The notes beneath the pieces were generated by a model that did not search any database, was not told the DNA's origin, and worked only from the letters and a program-made list of their open reading frames with translations. This document shows, piece by piece, positions 12,455 to 27,883 of a stretch of 64,000 nt of DNA. Position 1 is the stretch's first letter. Each line of letters starts with the position of its first letter. This DNA is from Octopus sinensis (taxonomy: Eukaryota): assembly GCF_006345805.1 (NCBI RefSeq), contig NC_043009.1, positions 52,886,001 through 52,950,000 on the forward strand, written 5' to 3'. The position numbers and the translations under genes were made by a program.

Positions 12455-12820
12455 AAAATCAAAATCAAAATCGATCAACATCAATGGAAATTGCAGCTGT
12501 GATACCAGTGCCGGTGGTACGTAAGAAAACCATCCGAACGTGGCCGTTGCCAGCGCCGCCCCCGACTGGCCTCGTGCCGGTGGCACGTAAAAAGCACCAT
12601 CCAATCGTGGCCGTTTGCCAGCCTCGTCTGGCACCTGTGCCAGTGGAACGTAAAAGCACCCACTACACTCACAGAGTGGTTGGCATTAGGAAGAGCATTC
12701 AGCCGTAGAAACCTCGCCAGATCAGACTGGGCCTGGTGCAGCCTTCTGGCTTCCCAGACCCCAGTTGAACCGTCCAACCCATGCTAGTATGGAAAGCGGG
12801 CGCTAAACGATGATGATGAT
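12455..12820 (+). mobile_element. RTE 3'-UTR-derived retroposon with (GAT)n tail (others at about 14495-14695, 17284-17635, 17817-18125, 44255-44467)
   Basis: Repeated GGCACGTAAAAAGCACC units and GGTTGGC(A/G)TTAGGAAG(A/G)GCAT motif. Ends AAACGATGATGAT like the RTE LINEs. Confidence 0.85.
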
Positions 12821-12957
12821 ATATATATACATATATATATACACACACACACACACATATATAAACGCATACATATATATACATATGCATGCATACACAC
12901 ACATATACACACACAGTGTGAGGGATAGAATCACAATTACAAAGGATCATAACTAAC

Positions 12958-13024
12958 CTTTGGTTTTTTATCTTTATTTTTAGTTTTCACTTTCTTTTTA
13001 AATTTCTTTTTTTCTGTAAGTCTT
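12958..13024 (-). CDS. MYCBP2: MYCBP2 exon 2, lysine-rich (RLTEKKKFKKKVKTKNKDKKPK)
   Basis: Strong acceptor TTTTGTTTTTTTTTCAG and donor AAG|GTTAGT. 67 nt, phase 2 in and phase 0 out. Resembles the basic KKILNKKKLKRKQKSKSK segment of vertebrate MYCBP2 as I recall it. Confidence 0.88.
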
Positions 13025-13207
13025 CTGAAAAAAAACAAAAGAATGGAAACAAATGTTACATATTAATCACTTAGAAAACTTTTCATAATACAATATTGTT
13101 GTTCTACCTTTGACAATGTTCTACCTTTGACAAAACTACACACAGTGCTTGGTCACAACAAACAACATTCAGTCGAAACAAAATCATAATACTTGGTCAC
13201 AATTGTA

Positions 13208-13411
13208 CAAGGGGTGCTGAAAAGTTCCTGGCTTTGGGTAAAAGAAAATACAGAAGAATCGGTTAAATATGATTTTATTGAACATATTTCCCTCACAGAT
13301 TCACACACCGAATGCAACAGTCCTTCAGTTTTTCTAAGCATTGTAAAAGAACTGAGAAGGCCAGGCCTTTCATAATACTGATAAAGCCAGAAAATTTTTA
13401 GCACCCCATCA
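13208..13411. mobile_element. Mariner-like MITE (related copies at about 1680-1808 and 56296-56515)
   Basis: TIRs GGGGTGCTGAAAAGTTCCTGGCTTT / AAAGCCAGAAAATTTTTAGCACCCC. Confidence 0.75.
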
Positions 13412-16400
13412 CAGTTTTCTAAAATAACAAAACTAGTATTCTAGTATAATAAAACTGGAGTGTTTCTTTGCAATAAAAGCCATAGGAATGATAGAGTTAA
13501 AAATAAAACCTTGTATGGTTAAGAAATACAAAAACTAAAAAGACAAATTAATCCTTTTGATACTAATCCACCTGAGACTGCTCTTGGTTCTGTGATGCAC
13601 ACTTCTTGCTTAAACACATTAACTGTCACATGTACCACCAGTGGTTCATCACAAGTCATGTCACCACACCACCAGATCTTAGAAATACCATGCATTATAC
13701 GTGTAAGTATATCGAAATATGTACACACAGACACATATACTGGCATTTTTATCAGTTATGACAACAGTTGATCCTATCAACCAAACAGCCTGCTCATGAA
13801 ATTAAAACACGAATGGCCGAGCGCTCCACAGATGTGCGTACCCTTAAGGTGGTTCTGAGGAAGATTCAGCATGATACGGAATGTGACAATGCTGGCCCTT
13901 TGAAATACAGGTACTACTCATTTTTGCCAGCTGAGTGGACTAGAGCAATGTGAAGTAATGTCTCTTGCTCAAAGCTACAATGTACCACTGAGAATTGAAC
14001 TCATGACCTTACGATTGAGAGTCAAATACCCTAACCACTAAACCACCCACCTTCATTACAACAGACACACACAAACACACATACAGCTGTGGAGTTAAGA
14101 AATTTGCTTCCCAATAACATGGTTTCGGGTTCAGTCCCACAGCCTAGTACCTTGGTCAATTGCCTTCTACAATAGCCTCAGGCCAACCAAAGCCATGGGA
14201 GTAGATCTGGTCGACAGAAACTGAAAGAAGCCCATCATATATGTGTGCATTATTGCTCCTAGTCTTGACTTCATGTGATAGTTGTAAATGAGTGTCACTG
14301 TGATGCAAGCGGTGTCCTTTGTTCCCAATCTTCAGTGAAAACAGGTCAAGTCATGAGAAAATATTATCTTATTTGGAAACAGATGAGTGGCCAAAAGGAA
14401 AGCCATATGGCATAGAAAATCTGCCTTGAACTCCATTCAGCCCATGCGAGCATGGACAACTGAACCTTATATATATATATATATATACTTGCCAGTACCG
14501 CCTGACTGGCCCTCGTGCTGGTGGCACATAAAAGCACCCACTACACTCTTGGAGTGGTTGGTGTTAGGAAGGACATCCAGCCGTAGAAACTCTGCCAGAT
14601 CAGATTGGAGCCTGGTGCAGCCATCTGGTTTGCCAGTCCTCAGTCAAATCCTCCAACCCAGGCTAGCAGGGAAAGGGGACGTTAAACGATGATGATATAT
14701 ATATATATGTATATTATATATATGCATGATCTTCGAATGTTGAGCCTCACAGAGGTAATGACAAGTGACTGAGACCTTTGGTATTATGCTGTGCTTGAGA
14801 AAACTCATCAAGTCAAGTGCCAGTCGTGCATAAAAGCACCCATGCCAGTGGCATGTAAAAAGCACCCATTACATTCTTGGAGTGGTTGGTGTTGGGAAGG
14901 GCATCCAGCAGCAGAAACCATGCCAAATCATATGGGAAATTGGTGCAGCCTTCTGGCTTACCAGTTCTAGCCAAACCATCTAACCCATGCCGGCATGGAA
15001 AACAAACACTAAATGATAATGATGATGATGTACACATACATACACACATACTTCATGGACTCCAATACAACTTAAAACCCCACTTACGGTAATTTCATAA
15101 TATCTATTACAAAATAACTTTTAAAATCCTTAGCTATTAAATGTAAGAAGCATGATTATTACTAAAATAATAGAGTACCATGCCAAAAAACAGAAATGAT
15201 ACTACACTCATGTTGTCAGATACAAGATTACTGACAGTAGAGACATTAGTTATAAAAACACTAGAATGTTAAACAAATGCAGAAGCCTGTGTGATTTTTC
15301 AGCCAGCCAGAAATAGCAACCAAATCTCTCTCAAATCACACCTTACTATCTTACAAAAAGTAATTTTACAACACTTTATTAAAAAACAAAATCTAACGAA
15401 AGAAACTTTACCCTTATCCACTTTAATCAGGAACAGGTACTTCAGCTGATTATGATATATATATATATATATATACCATTATTTAATGCTTTCTTCCAAT
15501 GTTGGTATGGGTTGGACAGCTTGACAGGAGATGGCAAGCCAGAGGACTGCACCTAGCTCTGCTGTTCACTTTGGCATGGTTTCTATAGCCGAATATCCTT
15601 CTTAATGCCAACCACTTTCACAGAGTACTGGGCACTTTTTACATGGCACCAGGATCAGTGAGGTCACCAAGACACCCTTCGACTGAGGAGTGAAGTGATG
15701 TTGAGGGAGGCAAGTTTGTGTTGCTAGTAATAAAAGATTAGAGTATGAAGAGTGACAGAAATAGGTGTCTTGCAGTGAATGAGATACATGGCTACTTCAG
15801 TTGGGGAGTGTGAGACGGTATCATAACCATCATTTAATGTCCACTTTACTATGCTTTCAAACATTACATGGAATTCATCGAGGCAAATTTTCTGTGACTG
15901 GATACCCTTCTTGTTATAAACTCTCACCAGTTTCCAAGCAAGATAATATTCCCCTAAGGCACTAGATATGTTTTTATGAAATATAAGGAATGAAGGGCAC
16001 TGCATATGTAACAGTGACATTCATAACAACTATCACATGTTAAGAAAAGGAAACATACACGCAACAGGCTTCTTTCAGTTTCTACCCACCAAATTCACTC
16101 ACAAGGCTTTGGTTGGCCCAAGCTCACAGAAGACAAATGCCTGAGGTGCTTCACACCCAAAATCTATGTGATTAAGAAGTATACTTCTAAATCACACAAC
16201 CACACTTAGCTCCCACCCACATGCATATATACACACAAAGGCCAATTCAGAAGAGGTTGTGAAGCATTACATTTTATGAGAAAGGAGAAGAGAAAGAGAA
16301 ATAAAAGTCCAAAAACCCAACCACACCCAGACAAAGACAGCTGACTTGACAATAACATGCATCACACACTAAAATAAAGCAAAGTTTAAAAAAAAAAAAA

Positions 16401-16494
16401 ACAGTTTCAATTATTCTTTGTAACAGTCACATTTCTGGTCACAAACTGCTGTCTCAGAGCAAAGTCCTCATTTGGCATAAAAAGATCAAGCATA

Positions 16495-16641
16495 GGCGTG
16501 GCTATGTGGTAAATAGCTAATTTCCCAACTAAGTTCCGGGTTCAGTCCCACTGCAAAGAACCTCAGGCAAGTGCCTTCTACTATAGCCTTGGGCTGAACA
16601 AAGCCTTGTGAGTGGATTTGGTAGACAGAAAATGAAGGAAG

Positions 16642-16705
<64 letters not shown>

Positions 16706-16900
16706 TGTGTGTGAGTCTGTCCCCCTCCCCATCGCTTGACAACTGATGTTGGTGTGTTTACATCCCCATAACTTAGAGACCAATAGCATAAGTACTAGAT
16801 TTACAAAGAATAAGTTCTGGGGTTGATCTGTTCGATTAAAGGTGGTGCTCCAGCATGGCCACAGTCGAAAGACCGAAACAAGTAAAAGAATAAAAGAATA
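16495..16900 (+). mobile_element. SINE family A copy
   Basis: Colinear with 6115-6540 and carries a long (TG)n spacer. Confidence 0.85.
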
Positions 16901-17238
16901 CTGTGGTCGATTTATTCGTCTAAAATATTCTCCAAGACAGTGCCCCAGCATGGCCACAGTCTAATAACTGAAATAAATAAAAGTAAAAGCGACAACCCTT
17001 CAAGCAAACACTTAGAAGTAATGACAATAAACCACACATCATGGATTTAATGTCCACTTTTTTGGACATGCTTGCTAGAATTTCCAGGGTTAAATGCCTT
17101 TCTTGTCACCAACTCTCACCTATTTTCCAAGTTGAACAATATTTACCCCATAGCCAAGTATGTTGGAAATGAACAACAGTGTTCATATGAGAGTGACCCT
17201 CATTTACAACTGTCACATAATGCTAATAAAAGAGACAT

Positions 17239-17279
<41 letters not shown>

Positions 17280-20200
17280 TAATCATCATAATGTCCGCTT
17301 TCCATGCTAGCATGGGTTGGACGGTTCAACTGGGGTCTGGGAAGCCAGAAGGCTGCGCCAGGCCCAGTCTGATCTGGCAGTGTTTCTACAGCTGGATGCC
17401 CTTCCTAACGCCAACCACTCCGTGAGTGTAGTGGGTGCTTTTTACGTGCCACCTGCACAGGTGCCAGACGAGGCTGGCAAACGGCCACAATTGGATGGTG
17501 CTTTTTACATGCCACCGGCACGGAGGCCAGTCAGGGCGGCGCTGGCAATGGCCATGTTCAGACGGTTCTCTTACGTGCCACCGGCACTGGTATCACAGCT
17601 ACAATTTCCATTGATGTTGATCGATTTCGATTTTGATACATACATACATACATCTATATGACAGGCTTCTTTCAGTTTCCATCTACCAAATCCACTCAAA
17701 AAAGGCTTTGGCCAGCCTGGGGCTTGAGTAGAAGACCCTTCTCAAGGTGCCATGTGGGGTGACTGAACCTGAAACCATGAGATTAGGGAAGCTAATTTCC
17801 TAACCACACAGCTGGCTTCCGGTGGCACATAAAAAGCACCATCCGATCGCGGCCGTTGACAGCCTCGCCTGGCCTCCGTGCCGGTGACACGTAAAAAGCA
17901 CCATCCGATCGTGGCCGTTTGCCAGCCTCGTCTGGCACCTGTGCTGGTGGCACGTAAAAGCACCCACTACACTCATGGAGTGGTTGGCGTTAGGAAGGGC
18001 ATCCAGCAGTAGAAACATTGCCAGATCAGACTGGGCCTGGTGCAGCTTTCTGGCTTCCCAGACCCCAGTTGCACCGTCCAACCCAAGCCAGCATGGAAAG
18101 CAGACGCTAAACGATGATGATGATGACAGCCATATCTGTGCTTGAGATATATAAAATAACTACTTGGGTTGCCCATCTTTCTCTGGCATTTTTTAAAGAT
18201 AATAGACCTGGCTGCTGCTACTACTACTACTACTATTACTATTACTACTACAGAAAAGGTTATGTATGAATGTGGAGAGCAGTTATCAATACTGCCTCCT
18301 TAGTTATGAACCAGAACAGATGATATACAATGAGAAATAGCTGCTAAATCTGGGTGAAGTTGCACTCTACAGTTTTAAAACAGAAAAGACACATTAGGCA
18401 ATGAAATAGATAAAAAAAATTGACTGGAACATGGTCTGATCAGGTGTTCCCAGTCAAGATTGACCTGGGGTTAAATAACAGCAACAATATTCTTTAAAAG
18501 CAGAGCAGAGCAGAATATCTGATCGGTAAACACTTGAAAAAAATTCTAAGAAAAGCCTTACATACACACATATACACACACAAATATATGTATATAAATA
18601 TATACACACACACAAATACATGTATGTATATGTAGTGCTTTTCTCTACTCTTCATGAGTATATGTATATATTAGCATGTCGTTGTTTACTTTCCTACTTC
18701 AGATCAGCTCTCCCCACTTCCCCCACCCTCTCTCTCTCTCTCACACACACACACACAGAGTTCCTCCTCCTCCTCCTTTCATCCCTCCCCTACTTCTATT
18801 TTTACCTCTTTCTAACCACCTCTACCACTGCATTACCATATATACTGTTGCATTGATTCTGGTTGGTCATCTATCAAGGATAAAGGGAGTCAGACACAAT
18901 GACCCAGCCACCACTAAAACACCACTAACCACCAACACCACCACCACTATCTCAATAACAGAGAGAGAGATGAGGGAATGTGAAGGAAGAAACACAGGTA
19001 GATATGGGGTTGTTTACTGCATTTTCTACCTATATACACATGCCACGGGTATCTCTGTCTGTGGTTATCTGTCTGTCTGTCTGTGGTATGAAATACAAGA
19101 ATAGAGCAGCTGGAATCTCTCCAATAAATATATCTACTGCAAGCAAATTCTTGCCAATGTTTCTGATTTGTCTTAACATTTGTTTTAACAGCTTAAAACT
19201 GAACAACAAATGATGTAAACAACATTTCATAGATGATGATGATGATGATGGCGATGATAATGATGCTAATATGATGCTAACTGAATATTTGATGCTACTA
19301 TGATAATGCTGATATAGGAAATAATAATGTTGATCATGACCAGGATAATGTTGATGTTGACCATAATGTCGATAATGTTGATGTTAGTGATAATGAGGTT
19401 CATTATAGAGATGACGATAATGACATAAATGATTATGATGGCTCACTGATGATGAACCACTCTGCCCCATCCTCTACCAATCCGGCATGTACCACCTCGG
19501 CAATATCATTTCTTACACAGACATTATAAGATCAATGCAGGGTGGACTTGGTCAATAACACCAACCCCCAGTAGTTAACAAAAGTTTTATCAACCCTAAA
19601 AGAATCAAAGGCAAAGTTGATCTGGGCTTGATCTGAACTTAGAATGTGAAGTTCCAGTTCCAGATCAAATTTCACAAAGAATTTTGTCTGAAGCTCTAAC
19701 AGAGACACAAAGTCAGAGATATGAGCGGGAAGGGTTGATTGATTAAGTTGATCCTGATATTATACTAGTATTTATTTAATTGACCCAGGTTGTAAAAATC
19801 CTAAAATGTAAAGATGCTGCAAGGAACTTTGTCACAGGCTCTAATAAAAATTCTTTCTACTATAGACACAAGGCCTGAAATTTTGAAGGAGGGGGATAGT
19901 CAATTCCATCAACCCCAGTGCTTCAACAGCTTGACTGGTACTTATTTTATTGACCCCCCAAAACGATGAAAGGCAAAGTCGACCTTAGTTGAATTTGAAC
20001 TCGGAATGTAAAACCCGAAGAACTGGTTAACAAGGGATCCTCTACATGGTTGCCCCAGCAGCAAGAAGTAGCAACCAAGTCTTCCTCAAATCACAATCAC
20101 ATTTGACAGTAATATAACACAGGGAAAAGAAACATTAGATTACATAGTCCTAGACATATGCCTAAAATGACCTAGGGTTAAACAAAAAGCCACCACCACT

Positions 20201-23200
20201 ACCACCGCCCCAACTCTCAGTACCGGGCTTATTTATATTATGAAGACGGCTAAAAGCTAAAGTTAATGTTGGAGGGATCAGATGTTAAATTTTAAAGGGT
20301 CATAACTGCACTGTTACTATTGCTATGCACCATATAATAATAAAAACTACAGAACCATGGATAAAACTGGTTTGCTGTGGCAAGACGTAGGGTGGAATGA
20401 ACTAAGGAAGAGTACATCTATTGATATATATTTATATATAAATGTGTGTGTGTGGGTATCTATTTGTGTAGGTATATAAGTGTCATTGCGTATTGATGTG
20501 TGCATATATGTATGCGTAAGTATGTGCTTGTATATTCATGTCTATATATGAATGTGTACTAAAAGCAGGGAAGGGAGAGAGAATGACAATAACAAAGAGG
20601 GAAAGGAAGAGTGAGATAGAAAGTGTGTCAAATGTGTGCTAGTATACTGATTGGAGCAAGAAACTTAAGAGTTGACCAATCGGCATGCAGCAATTTTAAT
20701 GATGGTAGTAATAGTTTCATTTGCTTTCATTCATTCATTTTTGTTCTTTGTGTGGGTCAGTCTCCTTGACACCATATGTGACTTGTGAAGTAAGAGAGAA
20801 AGGGTAGGGAAGACAGGAGAGATAGGCAGACAGAAAGAGTCTAATCTGTTGGTGGTGAAGGTGGGAGTAAATGAACCAGAGATAGACAGTCAAGCAGGCA
20901 GGATGGCAGATGGATAGGAAGGCAGGCATTAATCTGTGAATATGCAGGAGTGAATCAGACAAAAGAGAGAGATCCACCACTGCATGGCACCTGAAGCAAG
21001 TGACTTCTACAAGTCTTGGGCTGAGCCAGTATTTTTGTCAGTGGAGCTTACTTAATACACAGAAACTGTGCAGAAGCTCATCTTATTTTATCAATTAATA
21101 TTTGTTGAACCACTAAGTCATGGCTAATGAATGAATGCAAGTTTATATTGCATTCCTCCATAAGCCATAACTGAGTGGTTCAACAAATATTCATTGATAA
21201 AATAAAAACCAGATGGGTGTAAGTACTTGGACCACTATGATAGGCAAAACCCTTGAAGACGGTGTCCTAATTCCAGGTGGACCCAACCCCTGAGATGACT
21301 GAAACTAGTAGTAAAATAAATAAATAAATAAAATACATCGGACATACCAAACAGACATTCCTGGCAGAATTTGTAATTTTTGTTTGCTTAAATTATATTG
21401 CACTGATTATAGTGGAAAAGACTATCATCAATTGACAATGTTATATACACACCTAGCATCATCATAAATCCTTATTTAACACCCCTTTTTCCATGCAAGC
21501 ATGGGTTGAACAGATGAGACAGAGGGCTGCACCAAGCCCCAGTGTTTCTATGTAGCTGAAACTGGCTCTGGCTCTGATTACAAATGTTTTCTTTTCATAA
21601 GTTTTGAGTTGAAATCTTCCACCAAACCTTAGTCACAATTTATGTTCCTAACACTAGTTCAATGATAACTAAGTTATTTTACTAAATTCTTTGTTATATT
21701 TGAAATTAATTTAAAGAAACACAGAACATCTCAAAATAAATACAGTAATGAAAAGGTTAAATATGATGACAAACCACAACATTTGCATAAAATACACACA
21801 CACACATTTTTTTTCTCTCCTTGTTTTTTTCTGAGTCCCTTTCTGTAGAAGAGCGTAGGCTCAAAACGTAAAAGACTTTTTCTATTCCTGAGCGTTATAC
21901 TAATACATCTGTTTGTTTTGTACACCACCTGTCTTCGTCTCTTGTTTTTTTTGTGAACTCTCCCCCTATATATATATATATATATACTCTTGTAATTTTG
22001 TCTACAAATTTTGTCTGACGCATGGGTCAGACAATTTCTTGGGATGCTCTTCCTGCTGCCAACTCGCATCTTTTTTCAAGCAAGGTAAATATTTCCCATG
22101 GCCAGATCAATGTCTGCCTACACATACACTACACACACACATATATCTTGCACATACACGGCCATTTTCAGATGTGGAAGACTAAAAGCAAATATAACAT
22201 CATTTATATGATGGTGTTGCATACTTACAACTACTATGCAATATAATGACAAAGATATATACAGATACCAACAGACACCCACACACACACGACTTGATTT
22301 TGTGGAACTCTCTTCCACTCCTTACACTACCATGGTTTTCCTGAAATGAACTGTTCTGATATATTTTTAGTTGAGGGGAGTAAAAACTTATTTTAGTCGA
22401 TTGATATTTTTGTAGATTTTTAGTCACTTGACGCACTTTAGTAATTCATTTTGATTACTTATTTTAGTTGATTGTATATACCTTTTCTTGATAGGTCATT
22501 CTATATATTTTGTATTTTTATGTGCAAACATAAATTTTGCCTTCTGTGCTTTTATATATGCATTCCTTTTACATATTGAACAATAATATAAACAATAATG
22601 TTTATATATGATCTAATGTATGGAAGCGAGATGTTATATGAAGTTGTTGACTTCAATTTGATGTTTCTCCTCTAATCAATGTTTTTTTTTTTGTCTCTGT
22701 CTCAATTTCATAAGAGCACTTCTTTATTTTGCAGTCCTATAAACCCATTTTGTCTTCATAAAAAGAGACAAAAATTATTTCTTGTCATATTTTCTGCCAT
22801 ACAATCTGGATTTTTTAGACCAAAATTTACAGCCAGGAAAAAAAAGGGGGAAAAAAAGGTAAGTCAACTTATATACCAAGATGACTTAGGAGGTCCGAAA
22901 ATCAATGTGAAATGCAATAGGATTTGGAAATATAGTGACAATGTTAGAAGGTTTACACTACACGTTTACTATACTGTATACTACATCAACTTGTTACCAG
23001 AAATACAATGTGTGTGTATACATATATTTTAATATTTCACTTAGACATAGTGAAACTAATAACTTGATGTAGAACTCAATATACATATGCTTCAGAACAC
23101 AATGTCAGATGAGTATAGAATAATAATAAAAACAAAGAGAAGACACCAGAAAAAACAAAGTCTATGTAATGAAATTCATTAGCTTACAGAGAGAGAGACA

Positions 23201-24818
23201 GACAGACAGACAGAGGGAGAGAGAGAGAGAACGAGAATTATTAATAAGGGATTATCAATCCCGGTAAAATACTTAATACAAGTACACTAGGCTAACAAAA
23301 TGTTTTCAGACTGGTATAGAACTCCAGGTAATGCTAAAGCAAAATTTGAAGTCTGTTACCAGTTGACTTTGTAAATCCATGGTTGCGTCTCCCAGTTAAT
23401 CTGGTCTTTTGCATTAAGTGATATACAAAAAAAGGCATAAATAATGAGCTTTACATATTTCTTTATTTGTGCATCTTTGACTTACAAGCGTTTCTGATAT
23501 GCATTGTATACTTATATACATAAATATATATAGTCAATTTAAATAAACAAATATATAAATGAAAAAACACAAACACGAGGACATGCACAAGAAATATATT
23601 AGCTTGACGATCAGTGAAAGGAGAGAGTTTGATGTTTCAAGCACAGCTCTTTGTCGGAAAGGAGAAAGAGAGAGGTAGAAGAATGGAGAAGAAATCACCA
23701 ATAGCACATGTGTAGTTACATTGCTGATATATATATATATATCAGATTTAATCTCCCATCAAAAATAACATGAACATTCACTTGTATCATCACTTTATGG
23801 AATTACCTACACACTGGATTAGCATGTAAGCACCGGAGCATTCCAGATAAGTATACCCTTAATCCAGGTAGAATCAGTGTAAGACTGTGTGATGAAGGTG
23901 GTCCTTTGATTTACATGTACAGATCATCAAAAGGGCTTATACAAGTTTCCATCATCAGTCAACCTGGGGCCATGATAAATGATGTTTCCCAAAGATGCTA
24001 CACAATAGAACTGAACCTGGTCCTTATGATTCTGAAACAAACTTAACCACCCAGCCATGCCTGTATCAACACACATACTCACACACACACACACACACAC
24101 ATTCATGGTTGTAGCCATTAAGCTATAGTCAAACTGGGGCACCAGGAGGATGGGGTAGTAATATCCTTGTCAATGTTCACAATAAATTTGACTAGTCTTA
24201 ATACAGACAGTTACCACATTCATAAACTTGTTTAAAAATAATAATCTTACTTTATTTAACACACATACACACAAATTAGTGTTTAGTATCAATCTTTCAT
24301 GTTAGTATAGGTTTGAGAGAGACAGATAGATCAGAGGAGTGTGTCATGCTCCAATATCTATTTTGAAATGGTTTCTACTACTGAATGCCCTTCTTAATGC
24401 CAACCACTTTACAGAGAGCACTGGTTAAATTTTTCCAAGGCACCAGCATGAGTGAGGTCACCATGTAACTCAGAAGGCTAAAATCCTCTACGATATAGTG
24501 GGAAGCAGGCTTCTGCTTGGTGATGAGAGGTTAAAGATGAAAGGAGGAGGCTGTAACAGGTTTCTGGATGCAGAGGAGACACACAGCTTCTTGCACATTT
24601 TTCTATGTACAAGTATACATGTGTATATGTGTATGCGTGTATACACACACACACACACACACACACAAAGGTGCAGGCATAGCTATATTGTTAATAAGTT
24701 TGCTGGGATCTGGGGTTCAGTCCCACTGTACAGTTTCTTGGGAAAGTGTCCAGGCTAACCAAAGCCTTGAGTGGATTTGGTAGATGGAAACTGAAAGAAG
24801 CCTCTTGTGTATGTGAGA

Positions 24819-24876
<58 letters not shown>

Positions 24877-27800
24877 GCAAACTGGTGCGTGTGTGTTTTG
24901 TGTATACCCTTGTCTAGGCATCATCATACAAACAAGGTTGTTTCAGGAAATAAATGCCTATTTCCTATTACCCTGCTTGGAAGCTGGTGAGGGTTGGTGA
25001 CAGGGAAGGTACCCAGTGATAGAAAATCTGCCTCAACAAATTCTGTCCAACCCATGCAAGCATGGAAAAGTAGACGGTGACTGATGATGACACACACTGA
25101 CACAAGAAAGTGCGTGTGTGTATGTATGTGTATAACAAATGTATACATACATCTTAGTAAGCAAGCATCACATTTTAATATTACTAATCTGGCTGACTGG
25201 ACAGGCACAAGTGGACAGCTACCATGCATGCACACATACGCATTAAATAAACTTACAAAGAAAGCTATCCTGAAGTAATGAGAAGAGAGAATGAAGGAAG
25301 TTATATCAAAGACGATAACAACAACAGCAACAACAAGTAGTAGTAGTAGTAGACCAAAAGAAATATGTGGCCATCCTGTTTGTATGAAAGCAAAGATAAG
25401 AGTAAGAATGTCGGACAGACACACAGACAAACAGGAAAGAAAATCTAGCAGAAAAAGCCTTCAGATAAGCATTTTACAAGTGTGTGTGTGTGTGTGTGTG
25501 TGTCAGTGTGTATTTATATATGTATATATACACACACACACACAAGTACACATAAATATAGATATGGTGTGCAACATACACATACAACATCTGATATCTA
25601 CATACATGTGCAAACATTTGCACATATGCATAGATGTGTATATATATATATATATATATATGCAAATAAAAGAATGTGAATGTGTATGCACACAAACATT
25701 CATGCACGTATATGCACACCCAAGTTGCAGTATATGAAAGTCAAGAACCAACTCAAGTACACTGCCACCTACAAACCAACCAGCCAACTTGGCATTAGTG
25801 CACTGTAAGACAGAGATGTATTCAGCCTGTGGCCTCTATGATGGTATTCAGAGCTAGTAGGGCTTATACCATGACTATATAATCATATCAGGTGACAGGT
25901 GAGATAATGTAACCACCATATCACCTGATCAAGTAACAACCAAGACAACAATAACTATAGCAAAAAAGATATTACAATAGATTATTTGCTATCTGTTGAC
26001 ATAAGAAATCAGGCAAAACCTGAGATAACGCCACAATATCATACATACAATAGTAACTGAAATGATACCACAGTAACTAGTGAAAGTTAGAAAGATATCA
26101 GTGGTAGAAATGCAATATCATAGCATTAAGTAGCAATATCTTTTGTACAGGGCAGTGTTTCTCAACTATTTTTGTGCCACACTCCACTTTGATTTTCGTC
26201 TAGCTATGGGAAATTTTAGCTTGCTTAGAAACAGATATGGATTAGTGTTGGAAAGGGGGCAGCTAGCCACAGAAAAATCTGCTTCAACAAATTCCATCTG
26301 ACACATACAAGCACAGAAAGTAGATGCTAAATGATGATTATTACACACACACACACACGCACAAACAAATATATATATAAAGGAAAGAATAGAGTCAAAA
26401 GGAAGGAGTACGATTCGACAGCTGTTTAATGACCACCACCCATGTATCAATACAACATAGAGCCACGTATATACAGCATTTAAACCTAAATTAAGTAACT
26501 GTTTGCCTGTAAAATAGGACCTAGTTTTATCTCCTCAGATGATATATAAGCGCTGTCTCTGTAAGTAAATGTCTGATTCGATGTTATCTGGTAATTCTAA
26601 GGGTGAACGAGCTCTATTTTGTACTCTAATATGTTCCTAACGGAATACACCTCAACTCTCTCTCTCTCTAACGGGCTTCTTTCAGTTTCTCTCTACCAAA
26701 TCCACTCACAAGGCTTTGGTCAGCCCGAGGCTATAGCAGCCACTCCTGCGCTTATCTTTTATCTTTTACTTGTTTCAGACATGAGACTGTGGCCGCACAG
26801 GGGCACTGCCTTAAAGAATGTTTTCTGGGTGAATCAATCACCCTGTACTTATTTTGTTTTTAATCCTGGTACTTACTCTATCAGTCTTTCTTTTTTTTTT
26901 TTTTTTGAACTGGTGAGTTATGGGGATGTAAACACACACACAAACACCAATTATCAGATGGCGGGGGGGGGGTACAAACACATACACACGAAAAGTTAGT
27001 GACCTTCTGTGTTTTCTGTTCGCCTGTGTGTATTCAGTATATGTTTGTTTGTTTACTTACTACACTTTTTTTAATTATATATATATAGGTTTGTCATATT
27101 TTCCGTTTGTAGTCTTATTATTTAATACTGAAAGTATTATTTATGTAACACACACACTCCTTAATTTTTTACCCGTTTGTGGAAATATACCAGGAATATT
27201 TTTGTACCACTCTGTCTCTTTCCTTTACTTTGCTTCTGTTAACTTCCTTTCCTTCTTTCTCTCTTTCATTCTGTTACCCTCCTCTCACTATCACGTTACC
27301 CTTGACGACCTCAGCCAGTGTCATTATTTTCCAGGACCAGACTGACCACAATTTTCTGTGCTTCTCGCCCTACCCCTCCCATTAGGGCAGTTTTCATTTC
27401 TCTTTCACGTTAGCCACTTTTGTCTTGTCTTGCAACCCCAATGCTTTTTTTTTTGTTATATATGTAACATTATTATTATTATTAATTGTTGTCTTTGTCT
27501 GGCCCTAAGCCTTTATTCTGTTTATTATTTTGTCCCTCGTCCATCCACTAATGGTCTCGTCACGAGCCCATCTCATTTTGTTATGTTTTGGTCCCAATCC
27601 TGGCAAGTTTCAGTAAATACCAAATCTACTCACAAGGAATTGGTCAGCTCGAGGCCATAGTCAAAAAAACTTGCTCGAGGTACCCCACAGTGGGACTGGT
27701 ACCAGAACCATGTGGTTGGGAAGTAAATTTCTTCCCACACAGTCATGCATTCGCCTATATACAAGTGTGTATGTGTGTGTATTAAAAAAAAGTTTTGATT

Positions 27801-27883
27801 AAAACATTGAAAGTTTAATGCATGCCTTACTTAGGCCCCATTCTGAAGTAATCCACACCCCTACCAAAATATTAACACACATA

